Source: an uncultured delta proteobacterium
GTDB taxonomy: Bacteria; Myxococcota_A; Polyangia; Polyangiales; B10-G4
Reading direction: 5' to 3'
Assembly (NCBI GenBank): GCA_963727445.1
Contig: CAVSGI010000010.1
Span: forward strand, 992,001 to 1,056,000
Length of the DNA stretch: 64,000 bases
Both the position numbers and the translations under genes were made by a program. The notes beneath the pieces are model-generated. The model did no database searches, was not told the DNA's origin, and saw only the letters and a list, made by a program, of their open reading frames with translations. This document shows, one piece after another, positions 27,983 through 36,309 of the stretch. Every line of letters begins with the position of its first letter. Within the stretch, counting starts at the first letter, position 1.

Positions 27983-29014
27983 TCAGTCTCCTTCATCACC
28001 CACCTGCTCCGGCAGGCAGGGCGCCATCGCTTCGTCCCAGAGGCGCTGAGCCTCCTCGTCCATGTGCGCGAAAAGGTAGCGTCGTGCGTCGCAAACCGCA
28101 CGCGCGTGCGGGTCGTCCTCGGCCAGCGCGGACGAGAGATCGTAGGCGCCGACGGGGACTGCGCCCTCCGGGCAGCGGAGCACCAGGCCCCCGCGCCCGT
28201 CCTCGTCACGCACGGGCGTGCCCGAGGGACAGGTGATGGTGACGTGCGGGCGATCGACGTTCTGCTCGCGCGGCCGATAGCGCTCGAGGGGGCTCGCATC
28301 CGAGAGAACGGCTCGCACCGAGTAGAAGCCGGCGGCGTCCGTCGGCCGCATCGGTCCGCCCTCCGAGGCGAATCGCCGGGGACCGCGAGCGCGCGCATGA
28401 CATCGAACGCAGCCGCTCCGCGCGACCAGCAGGTCGGCGACGGCGTCGAGATCGGTGCGCGGGCCGTACGCCGCGAGACCCCCGCCGGTGCGGACGAGAT
28501 CGGCGAGCGAAGCGTGCGCACGATGACCGAGCGCGGGGCGGTTCTCGGGCCAGGCGTAGCCCACCAGGGGCGAGCCGGGACCGGGACGCTCGGGACGCAG
28601 CAGGCGCAGGATCCGAAGCCCCTCCGGGCCGAGCCGCGCGCCGCGCACGTCGCCGACGGTCCACTCTCCGTCGACCCGCAAGAGCTCCACGCGATCGGCT
28701 TCGGTCCCCTCGGGGAGCACCAGCGCGCCGCGCTCGTCGACACCGATGGTCGCGTCGTCGGGGAGGCGGAGCCACACGTCGACCCGGCTCGACAGATCGC
28801 GCTGCGTCGGCCCGAGCAGCGGCGTGGTCATGTGGACGAAGCCCTCCGCCTCCCAGTGGTCGTCGGGGCGCTCGATGCGCAGGCGCTCCACCGCGTCGTC
28901 GTCGAGCGTGGGGTGGGTCCACGTGCCTTCACCCCGAGGCGCGTAGCTCGCCCAGATCCCGCCCGCAGCCGCGACGGAGACGGTCACCGCGAAGATCGCG
29001 ACGCCTGTCCGCAT
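27983..29014 (-). CDS. Exported hypothetical protein with a CxxCH motif (putative c-type cytochrome)
   Basis: N-terminal signal/TM; GCVRCH; TGATG coupling to the upstream gene. Confidence 0.6.
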   Translation of the reverse strand: MRTGVAIFAVTVSVAAAGGIWASYAPRGEGTWTHPTLDDDAVERLRIERPDDHWEAEGFVHMTTPLLGPTQRDLSSRVDVWLRLPDDATIGVDERGALVLPEGTEADRVELLRVDGEWTVGDVRGARLGPEGLRILRLLRPERPGPGSPLVGYAWPENRPALGHRAHASLADLVRTGGGLAAYGPRTDLDAVADLLVARSGCVRCHARARGPRRFASEGGPMRPTDAAGFYSVRAVLSDASPLERYRPREQNVDRPHVTITCPSGTPVRDEDGRGGLVLRCPEGAVPVGAYDLSSALAEDDPHARAVCDARRYLFAHMDEEAQRLWDEAMAPCLPEQVGDEGD

Positions 29015-29718
29015 CACGCCACCTCCTGCGTCGTGAGGACGCCGCGCGCGATCAGATCCTCGCGTGCAGCCGCGAGGGCGGCGGGTACGACCGGCGCTGC
29101 GTCCTCGCTCAGCTCGCCGCGCGCGACGGCGAGCGCCGCGAGGTGCGCGATGGAGGGTTGAAAGCGCCGGACCGCCGAGGCATCCGGCATCCGATGGAGG
29201 AGCGCGAAGGTGGCGGCGGCGCCGGGGAGCGGCGCGTCCGGGTCGCGCCGAGCGGCGGCGGTGAAGGTCGGGACGTCGAAGGTGTACTGCCGGACGAAAC
29301 ACGGAACCACGTCGCCGACGGCGGGCGGCGCGCCGACGACCGAGAGTCGGTGCAAGCACTCCTCCCAGTCCGCGACTTCGGCCACCCGGGGATCGCGGGC
29401 ATTGGCGGCCACAGTCTCGGAAAAGCCGAGGGCGATCCTCGGAAAGTCGCGCTCCGCACCCGCCTCGGCGGCGAGATGCGCGTCCACCGCGGCGTCGAAG
29501 CAAGGCTCCCCCAGCGCATCCGCCGCCACCGCAGTCGCCGCGAACGCGTTTCGGAGGAGGTTGCGGCGGGCGGCCCAGACCATGCGCAACACGAGATCGA
29601 GCCGATCGACGCGGCTCCCGCCGCCGCATTGCTCGACGACGTCGGCGGCGTCGAGGCGCCCGTCGAGCCCGCGACGCATCGCCGAGAAGAACGCGCTCAA
29701 GTCCGACGGAGCCGTCAC
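29014..29718 (-). CDS. DUF2063-like (HvfC/BufC-type) MNIO partner protein
   Basis: RLDL...LRNAF...FDAAVDAHL and EVADWE pattern; GTGA coupling to the DUF692 gene. Confidence 0.65.
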   Translation of the reverse strand: MTAPSDLSAFFSAMRRGLDGRLDAADVVEQCGGGSRVDRLDLVLRMVWAARRNLLRNAFAATAVAADALGEPCFDAAVDAHLAAEAGAERDFPRIALGFSETVAANARDPRVAEVADWEECLHRLSVVGAPPAVGDVVPCFVRQYTFDVPTFTAAARRDPDAPLPGAAATFALLHRMPDASAVRRFQPSIAHLAALAVARGELSEDAAPVVPAALAAAREDLIARGVLTTQEVA

Positions 29719-30557
29719 GCGCAGGCCCTCGCCCTCTTTGCACCTTCGAGCGCACGGTCCACGACGCCGCGCACCATGTCCGCTTCGTCGAGGACGCGGT
29801 CGAGGGACGGGATGTTCGTGTCCCACTCGAGGAGCACCGGCACCTCGCCCGTGCGCGCGAGGGCGCGCTCGAGGAGCGCCAACACCTCTGGCCGAACGGG
29901 GTGACCGTGATCGTCGATGAGCACGTCCTTCTTTTCCAGATGACCGGCGACGTGGATGCGCGTCGTTCGCTCGAGCGGCATGGCGTCGAGGAGCGCGTCG
30001 GGGTCGAGCCCGTGGTTGCGGGCCGAGACGTAGACGTTGTTGACGTCGAGGAGGAGCCCACAATCCGCTTCGTCGACGACGCTTCGCACGAACTCACCCT
30101 CGCCCATGACGCTCCCCGGCATCCGCACGTAGGTGCTCGGGTTCTCGACGTCGATGGGTCGCTTGAGGCGGTCCGCGGCCTCGCGGATCCGCGAAGCCGC
30201 GTGACGGATCGCGCTCTCCGAGAACGGCAGCGCGAGGAGATCGTGGGTGTGATGGCCGAGGACGCTCGAGAAGCTCAAGTGCTCGGTGTAACGGTCGATT
30301 TCGAGCTCGCCCAGGAGCTCATCGAGCCCCTGAAAGAGCTCGGGATCGAAGGGGTCGGGCCCGCCCAGGGACATCGAGACCCCATGGGCGCCGATGGACC
30401 ATCGCTCGCGGGCCCGACGGAGGGCGTGGAGGAAGGGACCGGGCTTGTCGAGGAAGTTCTCGGGAATGATCTCGAGCCAGTCGACGCGACGATCCGTCTC
30501 GAGGAGTGCGGCCGCAAAGGGACGCCTCAGCCCGATCCCTACTCCACGGAGTTGCAT
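29715..30557 (-). CDS. DUF692 family multinuclear non-heme iron oxidase (MNIO)
   Basis: GIGLR, WLEIIPENF, HGVSMSLG, TEHLSF, HDLLALP, ENPSTY, LLLDVNNVYVS, IHVAGH, IDDHG, LLEWD. Confidence 0.95.
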   Translation of the reverse strand: MQLRGVGIGLRRPFAAALLETDRRVDWLEIIPENFLDKPGPFLHALRRARERWSIGAHGVSMSLGGPDPFDPELFQGLDELLGELEIDRYTEHLSFSSVLGHHTHDLLALPFSESAIRHAASRIREAADRLKRPIDVENPSTYVRMPGSVMGEGEFVRSVVDEADCGLLLDVNNVYVSARNHGLDPDALLDAMPLERTTRIHVAGHLEKKDVLIDDHGHPVRPEVLALLERALARTGEVPVLLEWDTNIPSLDRVLDEADMVRGVVDRALEGAKRARACA

Positions 30558-30829
30558 CACATCCCCGAATCGGCCGTGGCGCAGCCCGCGTCCGCTGACG
30601 CATCCGCGGAGGGACAGCCCGCATCTGTCGCTGCATCCGCGGAGGGACAGCCCGCGTCGGTCCCTGGGCAACCAGCGTCCGATCCGGGGCAGCCCGCATC
30701 CGTGCCGGGGCAACCCGCACAACCAGCATCGCCGGTCGTCGAGTCGTCACCACAACCTCCCGTCGCCACCGCGCCGACTACCACGGCGACTTTCAGGACA
30801 TCCAAGAGTTCTTTCTTCATCTCGCTCAC
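30557..30829 (-). CDS. Putative RiPP precursor: lipoprotein signal plus DAGC-repeat core
   Basis: MKKELLDVLKVAVVVGAVATGG-C, then 6x DAGC + 1 AGC; TGATG overlap with the DUF692 start; alternative ATG at 30820. Confidence 0.85.
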   Translation of the reverse strand: MSEMKKELLDVLKVAVVVGAVATGGCGDDSTTGDAGCAGCPGTDAGCPGSDAGCPGTDAGCPSADAATDAGCPSADASADAGCATADSGM

Positions 30830-30868
30830 CTTTCAAGAAGAGCCGCTCCGAGCGAGCGGAGCTTCAGC

Positions 30869-30895
30869 TACGGGAGCGAATAGACCCTCGTTACA
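30869..30895 (-). promoter_or_regulatory. Putative ECF sigma promoter TGTAAC-N17-CGTA
   Basis: Motif 40-65 nt upstream of the precursor; resembles the SigF/EcfF-type GTAAC...CG(A/T)A consensus. Confidence 0.5.
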
Positions 30896-30980
30896 TCCGT
30901 TTCATCGCGTTCTTTCGAACGATCTATTCGAACTGGGTTGACGATTTGTGTTCGGCGCCTAGGGCCTACTGTCAAGGGGT

Positions 30981-32165
30981 TTACACCCGGGCGATGCGAC
31001 GTCGGGGCCATGCGATCCAGGCGAGCGCACAGGCGAGGAGCAGGAGCGCGGGCGTGCCGTCGCCGCCGTCGCCGTTGCCTATCACCGCACCCTCCGTCTG
31101 TGCGGTGACGTAATACGTGGCGAAGCGCGGCGGCTGCTCGGACGCCTGGAGGATCAGATCTTCGGAGAGGGCGTTCGCCGGGAGCTCCGCGCGCATGCGG
31201 GTCACGGTCGCCTGAGAGGAGGAAGACAGACCCCGGGTGGCGACCAACCAATCTTCCTGGGGGCTGGTGGGATCGCCGGCGGTCACGTAGGGCGCGGCGA
31301 CCGTCTGCGAGACCTCGGTGAGCCAGGTGCGGCCTCCTTCCTGTCCGAGGAGCTCCGACGCGACCGCGTCGTAGTCGAAGGTTCCGCTCGCCGCATCGTA
31401 GGTCAGGTCCTCGTCGGCGATCTCCGCGTTGGGGAAGTTCTGGACCTCCCATCGTCCCTCGGCGATGAGGAAGAGCTCGAGGCTGACGGTCTCCCCGATC
31501 CCCGCCGCGACCATGCGGAGCGGGAAGCTGACCTGCGCACCGGGAACGGTCACCCGCACCGGCTGCATCTGAGAGACGCCCGCGTCCGGCGAGAGGCGAA
31601 GCACGGCAAAGCTCATCCCTTCGTCGACGTAGTGCGCGATCGTCGGCGTCAGCGACTCGGGGATGGCGTAGCCGTTGTCGGTGAGCCAGCCCGTGAGGCT
31701 CATCGCGTCGTCGCTACCGATGACCACCGTCTCGTAGGGACCGACGACTTCGCTCGAGTAGACGGTGACGCGGGAGTCGGACGCGCCGGCAGCCGCCGCA
31801 GAGGCCCCGCATCCCAGGGAGAAGCCCCCGCCGCCCGATCCCGTGACCGGACCGTAGAGCGTCACCGCGGTGGCGCCGTTCAGGTACTGGAAGAAGGACT
31901 GCTGAGCGACGTCGATCTGCACGTCCGCACCGCCCGACACCGGCAGCACCCACACGAAGTCCTCCGGGTTGCCGGCGTACTCGAACTGATCCCAGAGGGT
32001 GGTCTCGCTGTCGTTGATCGAGACCACCATCCGATGCGCGGTCACCACCGACGGCTGGCCGACCGGAGCGAAGCACCCCCCGCAGGCATGAGCCGTTTTC
32101 GGCACGAGGGCGCAGGTCGAGAGTGCGGCGGCCAAAAGGCCGACGTGAGAAGCCAAGCGAAGCAT
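30981..32165 (-). CDS. DUF2330 domain protein
   Basis: AHA-CGGCF, DFVWVLPV, VGPYETVVI, WLTDNGY, FPLRM; C-terminal TM followed by basic residues. Confidence 0.85.
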   Translation of the reverse strand: MLRLASHVGLLAAALSTCALVPKTAHACGGCFAPVGQPSVVTAHRMVVSINDSETTLWDQFEYAGNPEDFVWVLPVSGGADVQIDVAQQSFFQYLNGATAVTLYGPVTGSGGGGFSLGCGASAAAAGASDSRVTVYSSEVVGPYETVVIGSDDAMSLTGWLTDNGYAIPESLTPTIAHYVDEGMSFAVLRLSPDAGVSQMQPVRVTVPGAQVSFPLRMVAAGIGETVSLELFLIAEGRWEVQNFPNAEIADEDLTYDAASGTFDYDAVASELLGQEGGRTWLTEVSQTVAAPYVTAGDPTSPQEDWLVATRGLSSSSQATVTRMRAELPANALSEDLILQASEQPPRFATYYVTAQTEGAVIGNGDGGDGTPALLLLACALAWIAWPRRRIARV

Positions 32166-32309
32166 GTCGTTCCTCCATGCGCCGATCACGGCGCAGCTGC
32201 GCCCTCCTACGGCAAGCGCCGTTCCAACCGCTGGCGCGCGTCTTCGTCGGCGCTTCCGCGCGACCCGTGACGCCCGCGCCCCGGGGCGGCACACGCTGAC
32301 ACGCGTCCG

Positions 32310-33725
32310 ATGTCGGTCTGCTATCGTCGGCTGGTGCTGGACTGGATCGCGCCTTTTCGCTTCAGCCCGCCCGGCGAAACGGAAGTGCGCGTGGAGGGTG
32401 ACCTACCGCCCGACCTCCGGGGCAGGCTCCTCCGCACCACACCCGCCGGGCTCTCGCGCGGGACCTTTCACGCCCGGCACTGGTTCGACGGGTTGTGCAT
32501 GCTCTACCGCTTCGATCTGCGGGAGAAGCCGACCTTTCGGAGCCGCTGGCTCGAGAGCGATTTCCTCCGCCAGGTGGACAGCGGCCGGCGTCCCGACGCC
32601 ACCTTCGACACGCCCAGGAACCCGAACTTCTGGCACTGGCTCCTCCACCCCATCCCACCGCAGTACGACAACTGCAACGTGAACACGCTGAAGCTCGGCG
32701 AGAGCTACCTCGCGCTCACCGAGACCTATCGGACGCTGGAGGTCGACCCGGAGACCCTCGCCGTGAAGCGACCTTACCCCTGGTCGGGTGCGCTCGGCCC
32801 GAAGCTCCTACAGCTCGCTCACCCGCGCCTCCATCGGGAGCGCGGCGAGATGATCACGCTCTGCTCGAAGCTGGGGCCGACGAGCCAGATCCACGTCACC
32901 GCCGCGAGCCCCACGGGGGAGCGGCGCGCGCTCAACACCTGGAAGACGCGCCGCTGGCCCTATCTCCACGACTTCGGCCTCACCGACACGCACGCGATCA
33001 TCATCGCGCACCCGTGGTCGGTGGACGCGCGCTTCATGCTCTGGGGCAAGAGCGGCCTGCTCCCCTACATTCGGCACCGTGACGCACCGACCCAGCTGGT
33101 GGTGCTGCCGCTCGACGGCGGCGAAGCGCGCATCTTCGAGACCGATCCGGGTTTCGTCTTCCACTTGTGGAACAGCCAGCAGCAGGGCGACGAGATCGTG
33201 CTGGACTTGATCGACCACGGCGGCGACGACGTGTTCGCCGATCTCGCCACCGACAACATCCTGCACGGCTGCCCGAAGCTCGGCGGCGCGCCCACACGCC
33301 TCAGGTTGGATCTGAAGGACGGCAAGGTCCGGCGCGAGTCGCTCGGCGACGAGCGCTGCGAGCTCCCGCGCATCCACTTTCGCGCCGTCCATCAGCGCCC
33401 CTATCGCTACGGCTACGCGGTGCGCGCCCGATGCAATGGCGAGGGTGACGCGCGGCGCTACGAGAGTCGCCTCCTCAAGCTCGACGTCGAGGGCGGAGCG
33501 ATGTGCTCCTTCGAAGAAGAGGAGTGGATCCCGGGCGAAGCCGTCTTCGTCCCCAAGGAGGACGCGCGCGAGGAGGACGACGGCTACCTCCTCTCGGTCG
33601 CCTCTCATCGCAAAGAAGAGCGGGCACAGCTCTGGATCCTGGAAGCGAAGGACATGTCGCTCCGCGCACGCCTCGAGGTGGACGTCGCCATCCCTCTCGG
33701 CTTCCACGGCAACTTCTATCGCTGA
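32310..33725 (+). CDS. Carotenoid oxygenase (RPE65) family protein
   Basis: VEGDLPPDLRG, HWFDG, four His ligands (AHP, YLHDF, FVFH, GFHG), GEAVFVP, EDDGYL. Confidence 0.92.
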   Translation: MSVCYRRLVLDWIAPFRFSPPGETEVRVEGDLPPDLRGRLLRTTPAGLSRGTFHARHWFDGLCMLYRFDLREKPTFRSRWLESDFLRQVDSGRRPDATFDTPRNPNFWHWLLHPIPPQYDNCNVNTLKLGESYLALTETYRTLEVDPETLAVKRPYPWSGALGPKLLQLAHPRLHRERGEMITLCSKLGPTSQIHVTAASPTGERRALNTWKTRRWPYLHDFGLTDTHAIIIAHPWSVDARFMLWGKSGLLPYIRHRDAPTQLVVLPLDGGEARIFETDPGFVFHLWNSQQQGDEIVLDLIDHGGDDVFADLATDNILHGCPKLGGAPTRLRLDLKDGKVRRESLGDERCELPRIHFRAVHQRPYRYGYAVRARCNGEGDARRYESRLLKLDVEGGAMCSFEEEEWIPGEAVFVPKEDAREEDDGYLLSVASHRKEERAQLWILEAKDMSLRARLEVDVAIPLGFHGNFYR

Positions 33726-33737
33726 CTTGCTCGGCGC

Positions 33738-35442
33738 CTACGGCTCCAACGACGAACACGCCCCCGAGTGCCCGCCTTCACAGGCGCGCTCGATGAGCTC
33801 CTGCGCCTTGTCCTCGTCGCGGATCTCTTCTATCGTCTGGTACATCATCCCCAGGGCGTAACAGGACTGCATGTCGCCGCCGTCGCATTGCCCCTGGAGC
33901 ATCCTCGCGCCGATGTTCAGGGCGGCGCCGTTGCCACCCTCGCCGTCCTGGCCGTTCTGCACCGCCTCCGCCAGCCCCGCGAGGTCGCCGAGCCCTTGGA
34001 GCAGACCCGGCATGGTCACCTCGTCGGCGTCGAGCCCCATTCGCGCCGCGTTGCCGCACGCGACGAGGTTGGTGGTGTGCCCATCGACCTCGAGGTCGGC
34101 GTACTGGACGTTCCACACGCCGCCGCTCTCGTTGGCGACGAAGGACACGGTGCCGCGCCCCTTCGAGCCGCTCACCGCGAAGGACCAATCGGCGTAGCCC
34201 GAGCCGCCCCCGGTCTCCAAGTTTCCGCAGCTCAGCCCCGGCGCCGCGCTGACCCCGGTCCCGAGCGTGTCGACGGCGCTCGGACAAGCTTCGATCATCT
34301 GGATCACCTGCGTCTCGGCCCCGTCCATCCCGCAGGAGCGGAAGAAGAGCGACGGCGCGATCATCGGGACCAGGAAGAGCAGCACCGGCGACAAGGTGAT
34401 GCATCCGACGGATGCCATGACGGCGCCCACGCGGCGGCCCGCTCCGCGGCCCATTCGCCGCTGCGCCTGGGCGTGGGCCTGTGCGCGCGCGGGGGCCGTG
34501 ATCTGTGCCTCCCACGCCTTCTGGTGGGGCTGCCCTGCCTCTTCGCGCGCGATCTCCGGCGGCCGGCCCGGGATAGGCGTCGAGGAGGATGCGCGCCTCT
34601 TCGTGGGGGTCGGCGCTGGCGGCGAGCGCACCCCGGAGCTCCCGGCGCGCGGAGACCGCGTCGCCGCTCCCCGCGAAGGCATGGGCCCGAACGAAGCGCG
34701 ACGCCTGCTCGCTCTCCTTCGCGATCGGTACCTCGGTCGGGTAGCGCCCCACCAACGCCATCACCTCGTCCCACTTCCCGTCGGCGAGCGCTTTCTTCGC
34801 ACGCGCGAGGCGCAGCGCGGAGTCCACTTCCAGATGAACGGGCTGCGGGTTCGCGTCCGCCACCCACGCATCGAAAGCCTCGCGGTCGCCGGCGTCGAGG
34901 GCGGCGCGCGCGAGGAAGAGGCGGAGGATGTCGCGCTGCCCGGGCTCGGAGACGAGGTGGATGGCGGTCTCGGCGACCGCGCGCGCGCGTGCGTCCTCGT
35001 CGTCGGCTGCGTAGAAGCGAGCAAGCCAGAACGCCGCACGAAAGGCCCGCGTCCCGCTCTGCCGGCTCGGCTGCGCGGTGGCCTCGGCGCGTGCTTGCTC
35101 CCACTCCTGCCGGAGCGCGGTCGCCGCGGCCGCGCGGGCCTCCTTGTTGGTGAGCATCGCCGCGAAGGCCTGCATGCCGTCTGGCGGGCGCGCGGAGAGC
35201 GGACCGTTCGGATCCTGCTTGCCCACCTGCGCGCGGAGCCCGGCGATGCGCGACGCTTCGTCGACGGGTGCGTGAGCCGCGTCCTTCGGGCGCACGACCA
35301 TGCGGAGCTGAGCGTTACAGAATCCGCATCGCGCTTCGGTGGCGCTGGCCTCGGTCACCACCGGACCGCCGCACTGATCGCACTCGACCGACTTCAGCTG
35401 ATAGGTGTAGGCGGTGCTCGCCACCGGCGCAGTGTGCGGCAT
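33738..35442 (-). pseudogene. Zn-ribbon/TPR-like membrane protein with Coa1-like and Sel1-like C-terminal domains, frameshifted as assembled
   Basis: CDQCGG...CGFC; +1 shift at about 34557; then a TM segment, GYADWSFAVSGSKGRG and CYALGMMY...ACEGG. Confidence 0.6.
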
Positions 35443-35500
35443 TTCCGCGCGCGGTCACAGGGGGCCTGTGCTCGCGCGGTGGAGTCGATGCTGCCGTCGG

Positions 35501-36214
35501 CTACGCGCTTCGCACGAAGCGCACCATCGGCCCCACGAAGGGTAGAACGGCGAGGAGCGCCGCGAGGGCGGCGACGCTGCCGAGGGCGTCGAGCATCAGC
35601 GGCTGAAGGGGCTGCTCCACCAGGAAGTGGGGTGCCTCGAAATAGGAGAGCGACGGCGCGAAGAAGATGCTGACGGCGAGGATGGGGGCGCCGATCAGGG
35701 CGACGAGCAACCCCCAGGTTCGACCGCGGGCGACGCCGAAGGTGCCGAGCCAGACGATGGACATGCCCACGATCACCGACAGGGCGACGGTCCCGCTCTG
35801 CTCCGGCGCCAGAGCGTAAGCCGCGGCGGGAACCAGACCGGCGCTGGCGAGCATCAGAGAGAGGCGCTGTCGACCGTGGAGGTGGTTCGGGACGAAGAAG
35901 GTCGACGCCAGCATCAGCGCGTGGGCGGCGAAGCCCACCGCGATCGAGGGCAGGTATCCCACCGCCCAGAAGGCCTGGATGAAGGCGCCGGTCCCGAAGA
36001 TTGCCAGCCCGCGCGCGAAGGGACGCGCGAAGGGCCGCGCTGTCCAGAGCCCCCCGGCGGCGACGAGGTAGAGGCCTCCGACGAGACACCAGGCGAGGAC
36101 CCAGTCGGTGCCGTTTCTCAGGAAGCCCCAGGCGGTGGTGAAGGCGGCGGCGCCGATCGCGAAGGTGAGGATGGCACAGAGGCGTGAGGCGAGGCGCCGT
36201 TCGGAGGACTCCAT
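35501..36214 (-). CDS. Hypothetical integral membrane protein
   Basis: About 8-9 hydrophobic segments. Confidence 0.7.
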   Translation of the reverse strand: MESSERRLASRLCAILTFAIGAAAFTTAWGFLRNGTDWVLAWCLVGGLYLVAAGGLWTARPFARPFARGLAIFGTGAFIQAFWAVGYLPSIAVGFAAHALMLASTFFVPNHLHGRQRLSLMLASAGLVPAAAYALAPEQSGTVALSVIVGMSIVWLGTFGVARGRTWGLLVALIGAPILAVSIFFAPSLSYFEAPHFLVEQPLQPLMLDALGSVAALAALLAVLPFVGPMVRFVRSA

Positions 36215-36309
36215 GAAGTGTGTTACGCCCGGCCCGCACTGCACATTCCGTGAGCATCACGGCGAGATGTGATTTTCGCGATGCCTGATGTAGGGCGGAG
36301 TGCGCGGAC

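Noticed and set aside
30557..30722. Upstream extension of the DUF692 ORF (335 aa in the track)
   Set aside because: Out-of-frame read of the precursor repeats; family homology starts at MQLRGVGIGLR (30557)
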